From a virus (lineage: Duplodnaviria > Heunggongvirae > Uroviricota > Caudoviricetes), in the IMG/VR virus record IMGVR_UViG_3300029969_000011: a stretch of 64,000 nt of DNA; one strand, given 5' to 3'. The notes beneath the pieces are model-generated. The model saw only the letters and a program-made list of their open reading frames with translations. It was not told where the DNA came from and did not search any database. Shown here in pieces: positions 9,297 to 18,810 of the stretch (position 1 is its first letter; each line of letters starts with the position of its first letter). The translations under genes and the position numbers were made by a program.

Positions 9297-10271
9297 ATGC
9301 CTATAGATTTACTTAATCTACAACCTCAAGTAATTTCAAAAAATTTAAGAGGTAAATACATAATGCTTTATGGCTTGCCAGGCGTTGGTAAAACAAGCCT
9401 CGCGGCACAGTTCGAGAAAGTTCTTATCGCAGGTTTTGAAATGGGTACTAATGCACTTAATAATGTATATGTTGCCCCTATAAAGACTTGGGATGACTGG
9501 AAGAAAATGGTAAAGGACTTATGTAGAAAAGATGAACTTAAGGATAAATTCCACGCTATTGCTGTTGATACAGTTGATGAAGCTTGGAACCTTTGTACAA
9601 AATACGTATGTGGACAGGCAGGTGTTGATAACCTTAGCGATGTCGGCTTCGGTAAACTTTATGCAGAAGCTTCTAAGGAGTTCGCACAGCCATTCAGAGA
9701 TTTAGCTTATAACGGCTATGGTTTAATCTTTACAAGCCACTCCGCAGAGAAGGAGTTTAAGAATGAGAAGGGTGAGAAATACACTCAGATTGTTCCAGCT
9801 CTTCAGAACCGTGCATTTGACATTATCAACAAGATGGTTGATATTATTGCATACATAAGAGAAATTTCTCTCGAAGATGGCGACAAAGTTATTCGTAAGC
9901 GTTTTATGTTTCTTCGTGATGAGGTCGGCGATAGATTCTTAGTTAAATCAAGATATCGTTATATTGCCCCTCGTATTCCACTCGACTACAACGCATTAGT
10001 TGAGGCTATATATAAGGCAATAGACGATGAGTGCGCTAATTCTGGCGGCGCAGCTACGGATGAACATAATCCATATACAACCTTAAATTTCGATGAACTA
10101 ATGGAAGAAGCAAAGATGTTATGGGGCCAGGTTGTCCAAAACAACAAGGTCGGTGAGGCTTCAGCTATATTGGAGTCTGTCTTTGGAAAACCTAAAAAGT
10201 TTTCAGAAATCTTACCTGAAGAGGTTGATGGGCTCAATCAAGTTTTGATTGAGGTACGTGCTATACTTTGA
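9297..10271 (+). CDS. AAA-family ATPase (AAA_24/Sak4-like recombination protein)
   Basis: Walker A GLPGVGKT, Walker B IAVDTVD, LIFTSH motif. Confidence 0.8.
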   Translation: MPIDLLNLQPQVISKNLRGKYIMLYGLPGVGKTSLAAQFEKVLIAGFEMGTNALNNVYVAPIKTWDDWKKMVKDLCRKDELKDKFHAIAVDTVDEAWNLCTKYVCGQAGVDNLSDVGFGKLYAEASKEFAQPFRDLAYNGYGLIFTSHSAEKEFKNEKGEKYTQIVPALQNRAFDIINKMVDIIAYIREISLEDGDKVIRKRFMFLRDEVGDRFLVKSRYRYIAPRIPLDYNALVEAIYKAIDDECANSGGAATDEHNPYTTLNFDELMEEAKMLWGQVVQNNKVGEASAILESVFGKPKKFSEILPEEVDGLNQVLIEVRAIL

Positions 10272-10277
10272 TTATTC

Positions 10278-10308
10278 GGGGAAAGATTAATTTCTTTCCC
10301 CTATTTTT
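10278..10308 (+). terminator. Intrinsic terminator
   Basis: GGGGAAAGA-ttaatt-TCTTTCCCC followed by TATTTTT. Confidence 0.7.
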
Positions 10309-10323
10309 GTAAGGAGGGGCCTA

Positions 10324-11586
10324 ATGCTTGTAATTGATACTAATATTTTATTAGACTTCCCTCAGATTATTGAGGAAGAAACGGATGAACTTGTTATTGC
10401 TACAGATGTTCTTAAGGAGCTGGACGGATTAAAGTTACATCAGAATTTTGATGTTTCCTACAAAGCTCGCCGCGCCGCCGTTATAATTTCTCATAACTTA
10501 GATAAGTTAATATGGGATTGCACTCTTGAAAAAGAAAGATATGACAGTGTTGATGATAAGTTAATTGAAATTACGAAACGTAGAGATGCTATATTGGTTA
10601 CTAATGATGTTTACCTAAAAGTAAAAGCAATAACAAAAGGCGTAAAGACTCAGGCTTATGGTAAGACAGAAGCCTATACGGGTGTCAAAGAAGTTCTTAT
10701 AACACCAGAACATGACACGATGGTTGGTCAAATACTCGAAACTGGAGAGATACCAGATGAACTTGGAAAAGTTTATGAAAATCAGTTCGTCCTTTTTAAG
10801 GATGTAACCTCTCCATTTGTAAATAAACACGGCGAAACTGATTATGCTATCTATGATAGCTTCATCTGTAGCGGTGGATATTTACATCACTTATGTGAAG
10901 ACTACGAGTTAAGAATTAAGAATGAATGGTGCGAGAAGCCCGATAAGGGAATTGGTCCTCGTAACCCAGAGCAGAAATGCTTGTTCAATATTCTTAATGA
11001 CAGAAACATTACCATTGTTTACGCTGGTGGTAAATTCGGAACGGGTAAAAGCTTTATTATGAATAACTTTGCTTTGCAAGAAGTAGAGAGAGGAAGAATA
11101 AAGAAAATTGTCTATGTTCCTAACAACTCATATACAGAGAATACTATTGACATCGGTGCTTTGCCTGGCGAGCTACTTGATAAGGTAGCTGGACAAATCG
11201 GTCCGCTTGTAGACTTGGTAGGTATCGACAAAGTACAAGATATGATTACTCATAATCAGCTTGAGGTTGTCAATATGGGTTCTATCCGTGGTCGTAGTTT
11301 CAGCGACTCAATCATTATAGTGAATGAGGCTCAAAACTTAACAGAAGACCATATTAAATTACTTATAGGAAGAGTAGGTGAAGGTTCTCGTATCTTTTTC
11401 GATGGCGACTTAAAGCAAGCAGATAGCGCCGTTTTTAGAAACAGAAATGGTTTAAAGTTACTTTTAAATTTAAGAAAGTCTCCCATTTACTCTCGTATAT
11501 TTGCGACAGTCCAGTTAAAATTAACAGAGCGTAGTTTGACAGCGCAGGCTGCTTCTTACCTCGACGAATTTACGGGCGGCATTTAA
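10324..11586 (+). CDS. phoH: PIN-domain + PhoH ATPase fusion (PhoH2-like)
   Basis: N-terminal PIN VIDTNILL...VLKELDGLK...DDKLI...VTND; PhoH GKFGTGKS, RGRSF, IIVNEAQN, FDGDLKQAD. Confidence 0.88.
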   Translation: MLVIDTNILLDFPQIIEEETDELVIATDVLKELDGLKLHQNFDVSYKARRAAVIISHNLDKLIWDCTLEKERYDSVDDKLIEITKRRDAILVTNDVYLKVKAITKGVKTQAYGKTEAYTGVKEVLITPEHDTMVGQILETGEIPDELGKVYENQFVLFKDVTSPFVNKHGETDYAIYDSFICSGGYLHHLCEDYELRIKNEWCEKPDKGIGPRNPEQKCLFNILNDRNITIVYAGGKFGTGKSFIMNNFALQEVERGRIKKIVYVPNNSYTENTIDIGALPGELLDKVAGQIGPLVDLVGIDKVQDMITHNQLEVVNMGSIRGRSFSDSIIIVNEAQNLTEDHIKLLIGRVGEGSRIFFDGDLKQADSAVFRNRNGLKLLLNLRKSPIYSRIFATVQLKLTERSLTAQAASYLDEFTGGI

Positions 11587-11589
11587 GGA

Positions 11590-11617
11590 AAAGGGCGACG
11601 AAAGTCGTCCTTTTTTA
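11590..11617 (+). terminator. Intrinsic terminator
   Basis: AAAGGGCGAC-GAAA-GTCGTCCTTT followed by TTT. Confidence 0.75.
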
Positions 11618-11646
11618 TTGACTTTTTAACCAAATAATGTTATAAT
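11618..11646 (+). promoter_or_regulatory. sigmaA-type promoter for the helicase operon
   Basis: TTGACT-N17-TATAAT with extended TG. Confidence 0.85.
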
Positions 11647-11677
11647 ATTTATAGAATTAAAAGAAAAGGGTGAAGAA

Positions 11678-12388
11678 ATGGCTAAGCGTATACCTGAAGA
11701 AATTATATAGAAAATTCCTATTCTTTATAAAGAGTACGGAGTAAAGAACAAAGTAGCTGAAGAGCTTGGTATCTCCGTGTCCAGTGTCTCTAAATATTTA
11801 ACAATATTTGAAGCCGCGCCACAAGAGAAAGAACCTAAGAAGAAAACAAAGATAACTCCAGAGGTAATTGAACAAATCAATAAAAGATATTCCGAATGTA
11901 AGAATATGTCACAGGTGGCAAGAGAATTAGGAATATCAGCAACGACAGTTAAGAATTATCTTTCAGAAGAAAATCTTCAGCTAAAACAAATTGAATGTGA
12001 TGATAGAGATGCTCTCTGGTTTTACATTTTCAGATTGTTTGGTAAGCACTCTGATGAAAAGCCAGTAAGTGATTGGAATATCACACAAATGCAGAAGTTT
12101 CGTAAGCAGGGGATGCCCTATAGAGGGCAGCTTCTAACTTTGAAATGGTTCTATGAAGTAAAGAAAAACTCAAAGGAAAAGTCCAATGGAAGTATTGGAA
12201 TAATTCCGTTTGTTTATGATGATGCTCGACGTTATTATGAAAAGCAAGCAAAGAAAGCTGATGAAATTGGACAGGCAATTCAGAAGCAACTTGAACAAGA
12301 CAGAATTGAAATCAAGTACAATCCGAGTGACTATATCGGCAAAAAGACCCGTCGTAAGTTAATTGACTTGAACGAGATAGGAGAGTGA
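11678..12388 (+). CDS. Tandem-HTH replication protein (putative helicase loader/initiator), 236 aa, TAG at codon 11
   Basis: Two HTH repeats (PEEIIQKI...VAEELGISVSSVSKYL / PEVIEQIN...VARELGISATTVKNYL), with the TAG aligning to Q of repeat 2; C-terminal GIIPFVYDDARRYY; directly precedes the helicase. Confidence 0.65.
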
Positions 12389-12392
12389 TATA

Positions 12393-14087
12393 GTGATTTA
12401 GGTTGACAGAAGAACAATTATTCAAATTCTCGGCAGTTTGATGTGCCGCCCTGAGCTTTTAAGTGATGTCGATAAATATCAGCTTGAGCCGACAGATTTT
12501 AGTCAGCAACTTGATAAGATGATATTTTCAGCAATCTATAATTTGTTTGCGGGCGGCGCAGAAAGAATACATACGATAGACGTTGATACTTATTTACAGA
12601 CTAATGAGGTTGCGAAGAATCTTCTCGAAAAGAATAATGGCTTAGCTTTTATTCAAGACTGTGAAGATTTAGCAGACCCCGCAAACTTTCAGCTTTATTA
12701 CAATAAACTCAAAAAGATAAATCTTCTTAGAGATTTATAGAAGAACGGCAGAGATATTTCTCCATTCTATTGTGAAGACCCATTGAATGAGAAATATGCG
12801 GAAATCAATGAGCGTTTTGAGAAGATGACCGCTACTGACATATTTAATAGTCTTCGAGGGGAACTCGCAGATTTGGAAAATAAATATGTCATTAATAGCG
12901 TTGTTGAAGAAAGTAATGCCGCCACAGGTATTAGAGAATTGATTAAGAACTTGAAGGAGACTCCTGAAATTGGCGTCCATCTTCAGGGAGAGATATTCAA
13001 TACTGTGTGTCGCGGTGGCAGAAAAGGAAAGTTATATCTTCGTTCAGCAGGTTCTGGTGTTGGTAAAACTCGTTCTATGGTTGGTGATGCTTGTCAAATA
13101 GCTTATCCAGTCAGATATGATACTAAGTATCAGAAATGGGTTTATACTGGCGAGCCAGAGAAGGTTTTGTATGTAATGACAGAGCAAGACCCTGCAGAAA
13201 TTCAGACAATGATTCTTGCGTATCTTACGGGATATAATGAAGATATGTTCTTGTATGGTACTTATAAAGAAGAGCATATGGATAGAATTATGAAGGCAAT
13301 AGATATTATGGAACGTTATAAGGATTATATGCTATTTGCTCGTATTCCAGACCCTTGTGCTTCAGTTATCAAGAATCTGTTTAGAAGATATAGTTTACAG
13401 TATAACGTAGAGAACTTCTTTTACGATTATATCTTCTCTTCTCCTGCTATGCTCAATGAGTATAGAGATTTAAAGTTAAGAGAAGACGTATGTTTAAGAC
13501 TCTTAACAACAGCAATTAAGAATTTAGCTGTTGAGCTGGACGCTTTCATAATGTCAGCTACGCAGTTAAGTGGAGACGATGACCCAAAGGGAGGATTTAA
13601 AGACTTTAGAAATATTCGAGGTTCTAAAGCGATTGCCGACCTTGCTGACTTTGCCGCGATACGTAGACGACCAAGTCCAGAAGAACTCCAGCTTGTTGCT
13701 GATTTTGAAAAGCGTTATAACTTTAAACCTAATGCTATTACAGACGTATTTAAGAATCGTCGTGGACGTTGGACGATGATAAGTATTTGGTCAGCTGTAG
13801 ATTTGGGAACGTTAAGAACAGTTGATTTGTTTGTAACAACTCCAGACTATAAACCTATCCAAGATTTCCAAATCGTTAATTTTGTATCTGTTGATATGAA
13901 TAAGAGAAGGGAAATGGAAGAGTTTTATAATGATGGCGTATTAACAGATGAAATGGCAGATGAGCTATTAGCTAATCTTGAAGCACAAATGCCAAAGACA
14001 GTAACAGACTCAATCACCGAAGCATTTGGTGACGTAAAGGAAACTAAAGAAAGGTTGAAGAATTTGGACTTCGATGATTTATTATGA
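12393..14087 (+). CDS. dnaB: Replicative DnaB-like helicase, 564 aa, TAG at codons 3 and 116
   Basis: GTG at 12393 joins track ORFs 12438-12740 and 12783-14087 in one frame; Walker A SAGSGVGKT, FFYDYI, ATQLS, RGSKAIAD. Confidence 0.88.
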
Positions 14088-15154
14088 GAATTGATTTAAA
14101 GAAAGTTGAACAGGAGCTAACTCCAGAAAGAATCATTGAGCTGGTAACTGGCCTCGGTGCTGACAGATATGAAGAGAAAAATGATTACATAATCTTTCCG
14201 ACTATCTGTCATAACGAGGAAGCCTCCGAAGCAAAAATGAAATTATATTACTATAAGCGTAATCATAAGTTTCATTGTTATACAGATTGCGGAGAGAATT
14301 TTAACATCTATCAGCTTTTTGAAAAACGTTATGAGCTTCTTGGAATTGAATACGATTTCTATAAAGATATTGTATTAAAAATAGTTGACGGTATCAGCTT
14401 TCATCAATTCCAAGATGGATTTGGTTCTAAATATAAAAGTCTTGAAGATAGATATACAAGACAAGAAACTATCGTTGAAATAAAACCCATTAAGAAAAGT
14501 TTATTAAATATATATAGTTTCTACGCAACTGTAGAATGGTTGAATGATGGTATTAGCGAAGAAGCTATGAAAGTATTTAACATTCTATATGATGTTATTC
14601 ATAATAAAATAATTATACCACATTATGATGAAAATGATGAGTTAATCGGTATAAGAGGCCGCGCCCTCAATGATGAAGATTTGGTATATGGTAAATATAT
14701 GCCAGTATCAATAGAGGGAAAAATATATGCCCATCCTCTCGGTTATAATCTTTATGGCTTGAATATGAATAAAGAGAATATCCGAAAGAAGAAAATGGCA
14801 ATTATATTTGAAGCTGAGAAATCAGTTCTTCAATATGAAACTATGTACGGACGTGAAAATAATATTGCAGTTGCAGTATGTGGTAGTTCAATTTCATATT
14901 ATCAAATGCAATTATTATATGACCTTGGTGTTGAAAGAGTAATCGTAGCTTTTGACAGCCCTTCAGTTATTAACTGGGAGGAGCTGGATAAACATTACAA
15001 TAAACTGAAGAAGTTATGTGAAAGATTTGTATATAAGTGTAGAATGGGATTTGTTATTGACTATAAGAATATCCTCGGTGCGAAAGATAGTCCTACTGAT
15101 TTAGGCAAGACCGCGTTTGAGGAAATTATGAAACGCCCGATTTGGCTAAATTAA
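14084..15154 (+). CDS. dnaG: DNA primase (Zn-finger + TOPRIM)
   Basis: TICHN...FHCYTDCG Zn site, IIIPHYD...GIRGR, IFEAEKS, VAFD; ATGA overlap with the helicase. Confidence 0.8.
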   Translation: MRIDLKKVEQELTPERIIELVTGLGADRYEEKNDYIIFPTICHNEEASEAKMKLYYYKRNHKFHCYTDCGENFNIYQLFEKRYELLGIEYDFYKDIVLKIVDGISFHQFQDGFGSKYKSLEDRYTRQETIVEIKPIKKSLLNIYSFYATVEWLNDGISEEAMKVFNILYDVIHNKIIIPHYDENDELIGIRGRALNDEDLVYGKYMPVSIEGKIYAHPLGYNLYGLNMNKENIRKKKMAIIFEAEKSVLQYETMYGRENNIAVAVCGSSISYYQMQLLYDLGVERVIVAFDSPSVINWEELDKHYNKLKKLCERFVYKCRMGFVIDYKNILGAKDSPTDLGKTAFEEIMKRPIWLN

Positions 15155-15165
15155 GGAGGATTTGA

Positions 15166-16965
15166 ATGAAGTATATAAGAAAGACAAGTAAAGATATAAC
15201 TCATGACTTCTTATCTGAATTACTTGCAGATAGAAATATGAATTTTGGTGAGAACCCCACCTTATTCTTCCATCCAAGCTGGGAAAATGAACTTCCCTCA
15301 ACAGATTTGGATAATATATAGGAAGGTTATGAGTTACTTAAGAAGCACATACATAATGGTAGCAAGATGTTCATATGCGTTGACTCAGACGTTGATGGAT
15401 TTACAAGTGCCGCCTTAGTATATTGTTTCTTGATGAATACTTACGGAGTTAAGTATTAGATTTCAATTGACTATCACGTTCCTGAAGGAAAGGAGCACGG
15501 ACTTCGTACTCTTATGGATATGTTCACAAAGGAGAAGATTTGTGACTTAATCATACTCCCCGATAGCTCAAGTAATGACTATGAGGAACATAAGATATTG
15601 AAGGATATGGGATATGACATTCTTGTACTTGACCACCACGAAGCTGACCATTATAGTGAAAATGCAATCGTTATTAACAATCAGCTTTCAAAGAATTATG
15701 AGAATAAGTCTTTAAGTGGTGTAGGAGTTGCATATAAATTCCTTGAATATTTTGAACACGCTTTTGAAAGTGATTTAATTTCTACTATGGGTGAAGAAGG
15801 AATATATGAAGCAGAAGGCTGGGAACCTCATATTCAGGATTATATTGACCTTGTAGCACTTGGAGAAATAAGTGATATGATGAATATGAATACTCTTGAA
15901 AATCGTTGGTTCTGTGAAGAAGGACTTTCTCATATAAACAATGGTTTCTTTAAGGAACTTGTTACAAAGCAGTCATACTCATTGGGTGACGGTCCACTTA
16001 CACAAATTGGAATTGCTTTCTATATAACACCACTTATAAACGCTTTAATCAGAGTTGGCTCTGACTTAGAGAAGGAAAGATTATTTGAAGCATTTCTTAT
16101 GCCAGAGAAGATAGTTCCTTCTACAAAGCGTGGAGAAAAGGGACAGACTGAAACTCTTGCAACACAGAGTGCAAGAAATTGTGTAAATGCTAAGTCCCGT
16201 CAGAAGCGTGAAATGGATAAGGCAACTCAGTTACTTGATGTGCAGATTATTAACAATGACCTTGATAATAATAAAATCCTTATTCTCAATGCAGATGACT
16301 TAAATGTTTCAACAACATTAACTGGTCTTTGTGCTATGAACGTTGCAGCTGCACATAAGAAGCCCGTTATGTTGGGAAGAATAAGTCCTGATGGATATTT
16401 AAAAGGTTCAATTAGAGGCCGCGGCGAGTCAGAGTTAAAGGACTTCAGAGCTTTCCTTCTTGAAAGTGGTCTTATGGATTACGTAGAAGGACACGGTAAT
16501 GCCGCAGGCTTCAGCATTAAGCAGTCAAATGTTGATAAACTTACTGCATATGCAAATGAGAAGTTGAAGGACATTAACTTTAATGAAGGATACTATGAAG
16601 CTGATTTCGTAGTTCAAGGCAACTGTTCATATCTTGCTGATATGATTATAGACCTTGAAAGAGGACGTTCTCTTTGGGGTCAGCAGAATGATGAGCCTAT
16701 TATCATTGTAAAGGATATTACACTTGATGTAAAGGACATTCAGGCAATCGGCTCTTATAAGGATACATTAAAGTTTTCTTTCAATGGAATAACATATGTT
16801 AAGTTTAAGGCTAAGGCTTTACTTGATGAATTATTCTTGAAGAGCGGCAAGATAAATATCACAATTGCAGGCCGCGGCAACATAAATAATTGGGGCGGTA
16901 AGTCAACCCCACAGATTTTACTTGATGAAATGGAAATCAAGGAGTGTAGTGAGGAGGACTTTTAA
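15166..16965 (+). CDS. recJ: RecJ-like DHH single-stranded DNA exonuclease, 599 aa, TAG at codons 52 and 98
   Basis: Motif I VDSDVDG appears only on read-through; LDHH, LVALGEISD, GSIRG, EGHGNAAG. Confidence 0.88.
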
Positions 16966-17354
16966 TGGTACTTCTTGTAGCAGGAAGTCGTGATTATTAT
17001 GATTACGATGAGTTTAAACAGGTTATGGATTATACCCATAATAAGTATCATATAGATAAAATTGTGAGTGGCGGCGCAAGAGGCGCCGACTCACTTGCAG
17101 AAAGATATGCTAATGAAAATAATATTCCAATTAAAGTATTTCCAGCCAGATGGAGTGTTTATGGTAAATCAGCAGGTTTTATTCGTAATGAAGATATGCA
17201 CAATTATTTAAGTCTATATGGAAATAGAATGTGCTTGTGTTTTTGGGACGGAAAGAGCCGCGGCACAGCACATAATTTTAAACTTTGTAAGAAAAATAAC
17301 ACCAGATTGGTTTGTTATAATTTTAAATTACATAAAGTAATGGAGGGTTTATAA
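16965..17354 (+). CDS. SLOG-family protein (DUF2493/YspA-like)
   Basis: VAGSRDY, IVSGGARGADSLAERYA, YGKSAGFIRN motifs. Confidence 0.8.
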   Translation: MVLLVAGSRDYYDYDEFKQVMDYTHNKYHIDKIVSGGARGADSLAERYANENNIPIKVFPARWSVYGKSAGFIRNEDMHNYLSLYGNRMCLCFWDGKSRGTAHNFKLCKKNNTRLVCYNFKLHKVMEGL

Positions 17355-17569
17355 TGGGAGAATTTGTAGTAGGCGAGCTTTGCAAAAAGACAGAAGAGTG
17401 GAGAGTTAACGACGAGATTGAGGCTAAGGCATTAATTGAAGATGCTAAGAAAAATGAAGCCGTTGAAGGCTATGAGCTCAAGTCTTATAAAATGGTAAAG
17501 AAGGATAAGAAATCTAAGGGCGAGATTATTGATGAATGGGTAATCGTTACACTTGTAAAACAGTGGTGA
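17354..17569 (+). CDS. Hypothetical protein (71 aa)
   Basis: Translationally coupled ORF with GGAGG RBS. Confidence 0.6.
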   Translation: MGEFVVGELCKKTEEWRVNDEIEAKALIEDAKKNEAVEGYELKSYKMVKKDKKSKGEIIDEWVIVTLVKQW

Positions 17570-17576
17570 TAATCTA

Positions 17577-18083
17577 ATGAAACACGTCATGGAGCCTGAA
17601 TTTGAAGACCTCAAAAATCCAATGATTGCATATATAGCTATTCAAGCAACAATGCATGAAACTTGGGGCGGTGAAGATTATTTCGACCAAGTAGGTCATT
17701 ATTTTTCAAATGAAATTCTAAATGAATTTGCCGACTATCTTATTGAACAGAATGTCCTCAGTCAAGAAGATAAGAAAGCAATGATGAATGAGAGATACAA
17801 AGAGCTTTTAGATATTCCAAATTTTTTGGAGGATAAATATACTGAAGTCGATACCGATGAAACTTGGGAAGCGAATAGAGATTTTCGTACAAACATTTGG
17901 GATAAAGTATATTATTACTTTGCTAACTATATTTCACAAAAGGATAGAGATACTCTTTTAACTTTCCAACAGACTATTCATGAAGATGCTCCATGTCAAT
18001 GGGATACAAAAGATTGGCTGTTTTGGACAGAAGAATATTATAGATTGAAAAATACTTCATATATAGGAGAGAAAATCGAATGA
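17577..18083 (+). CDS. Hypothetical protein (168 aa)
   Basis: ORF in the operon; no motif recognised. Confidence 0.6.
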   Translation: MKHVMEPEFEDLKNPMIAYIAIQATMHETWGGEDYFDQVGHYFSNEILNEFADYLIEQNVLSQEDKKAMMNERYKELLDIPNFLEDKYTEVDTDETWEANRDFRTNIWDKVYYYFANYISQKDRDTLLTFQQTIHEDAPCQWDTKDWLFWTEEYYRLKNTSYIGEKIE

Positions 18084-18397
18084 AAGTGATTATAAGACCA
18101 AGGGGATATGGAAAGACTACCCTGCTTGTGTAGACAGCAGCGAAGAATAATTTTCCGATACTTTGTGCACGTGAGTGTAATAAAAGAATCTACGAAATAA
18201 GAGCAAAATAGCTGGGGCTCCCAGTACCTCAAATCTTTACTGTAAGTGATATGTTAAAAGGAAAAACAAGAGGTACGTGCTATAAAGATATGTTAGTCGA
18301 TGAAGCTGATGATGTATTAGCTTAGTTTATGAGGGAAACAAGTTATTGTACACCTTTAATAGCAACAATGACAATCGAGGAGGAGAAGTTAAAATGA
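18080..18397 (+). CDS. Small P-loop NTPase (105 aa, 3 TAG)
   Basis: Walker A RPRGYGKTT and Walker B LVDEAD; ATGA overlaps at both ends. Missed by the track. Confidence 0.75.
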
Positions 18398-18516
18398 AAA
18401 TTCACAGAGACGAAAAGGACAATTACAAGAAGAAGATTGACCGTTTCAAGGACGAGATGTCTCGCCGCAACAAGGAAATACAGAAAGAACGAGAACGTAA
18501 GAAAAACAGTAAGTAA
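18394..18516 (+). CDS. Small basic protein (40 aa)
   Basis: GGAGGAG RBS; MKIHRDEKDNYKKKIDRFKDEMSRRNKEIQKERERKKNSK. Confidence 0.5.
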   Translation: MKIHRDEKDNYKKKIDRFKDEMSRRNKEIQKERERKKNSK

Positions 18517-18523
18517 GCAAAAG

Positions 18524-18566
18524 GTCAAGACTATGTCTTGACTTTTTCTGTATTTTATGTTATAAT
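18524..18566 (+). promoter_or_regulatory. Terminator hairpin overlapping a sigmaA promoter
   Basis: GTCAAGAC-tat-GTCTTGAC-TTTTT; TTGACT(18538)-N17-TATAAT(18561) with extended TG. Confidence 0.85.
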
Positions 18567-18601
18567 ATATATGTAAGAAAAATAAGATAGGAGAATTATA
18601 T

Positions 18602-18793
18602 ATGGTGAAAATTCTTGAAGAAGGATTGTATGGAAAAGTCCTCTTTAAATGCTCAGAATGTGATTGTGTATTTGAAGTCGATGAAGAAGAATGTGACCAA
18701 GACTGGTCTAACCATAGTATTCCTTGGACACACAAATGTCCTAAATGTAAAAATCTCTGCAAATCTAATAAGGGTTGTAGAAAAAATAAATAA
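18602..18793 (+). CDS. Small Zn-ribbon protein
   Basis: CSEC and CPKC pairs; AGGAG RBS. Confidence 0.65.
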   Translation: MVKILEEGLYGKVLFKCSECDCVFEVDEEECDQDWSNHSIPWTHKCPKCKNLCKSNKGCRKNK

Positions 18794-18810
18794 AGGAGGG
18801 TTTCTACTGA

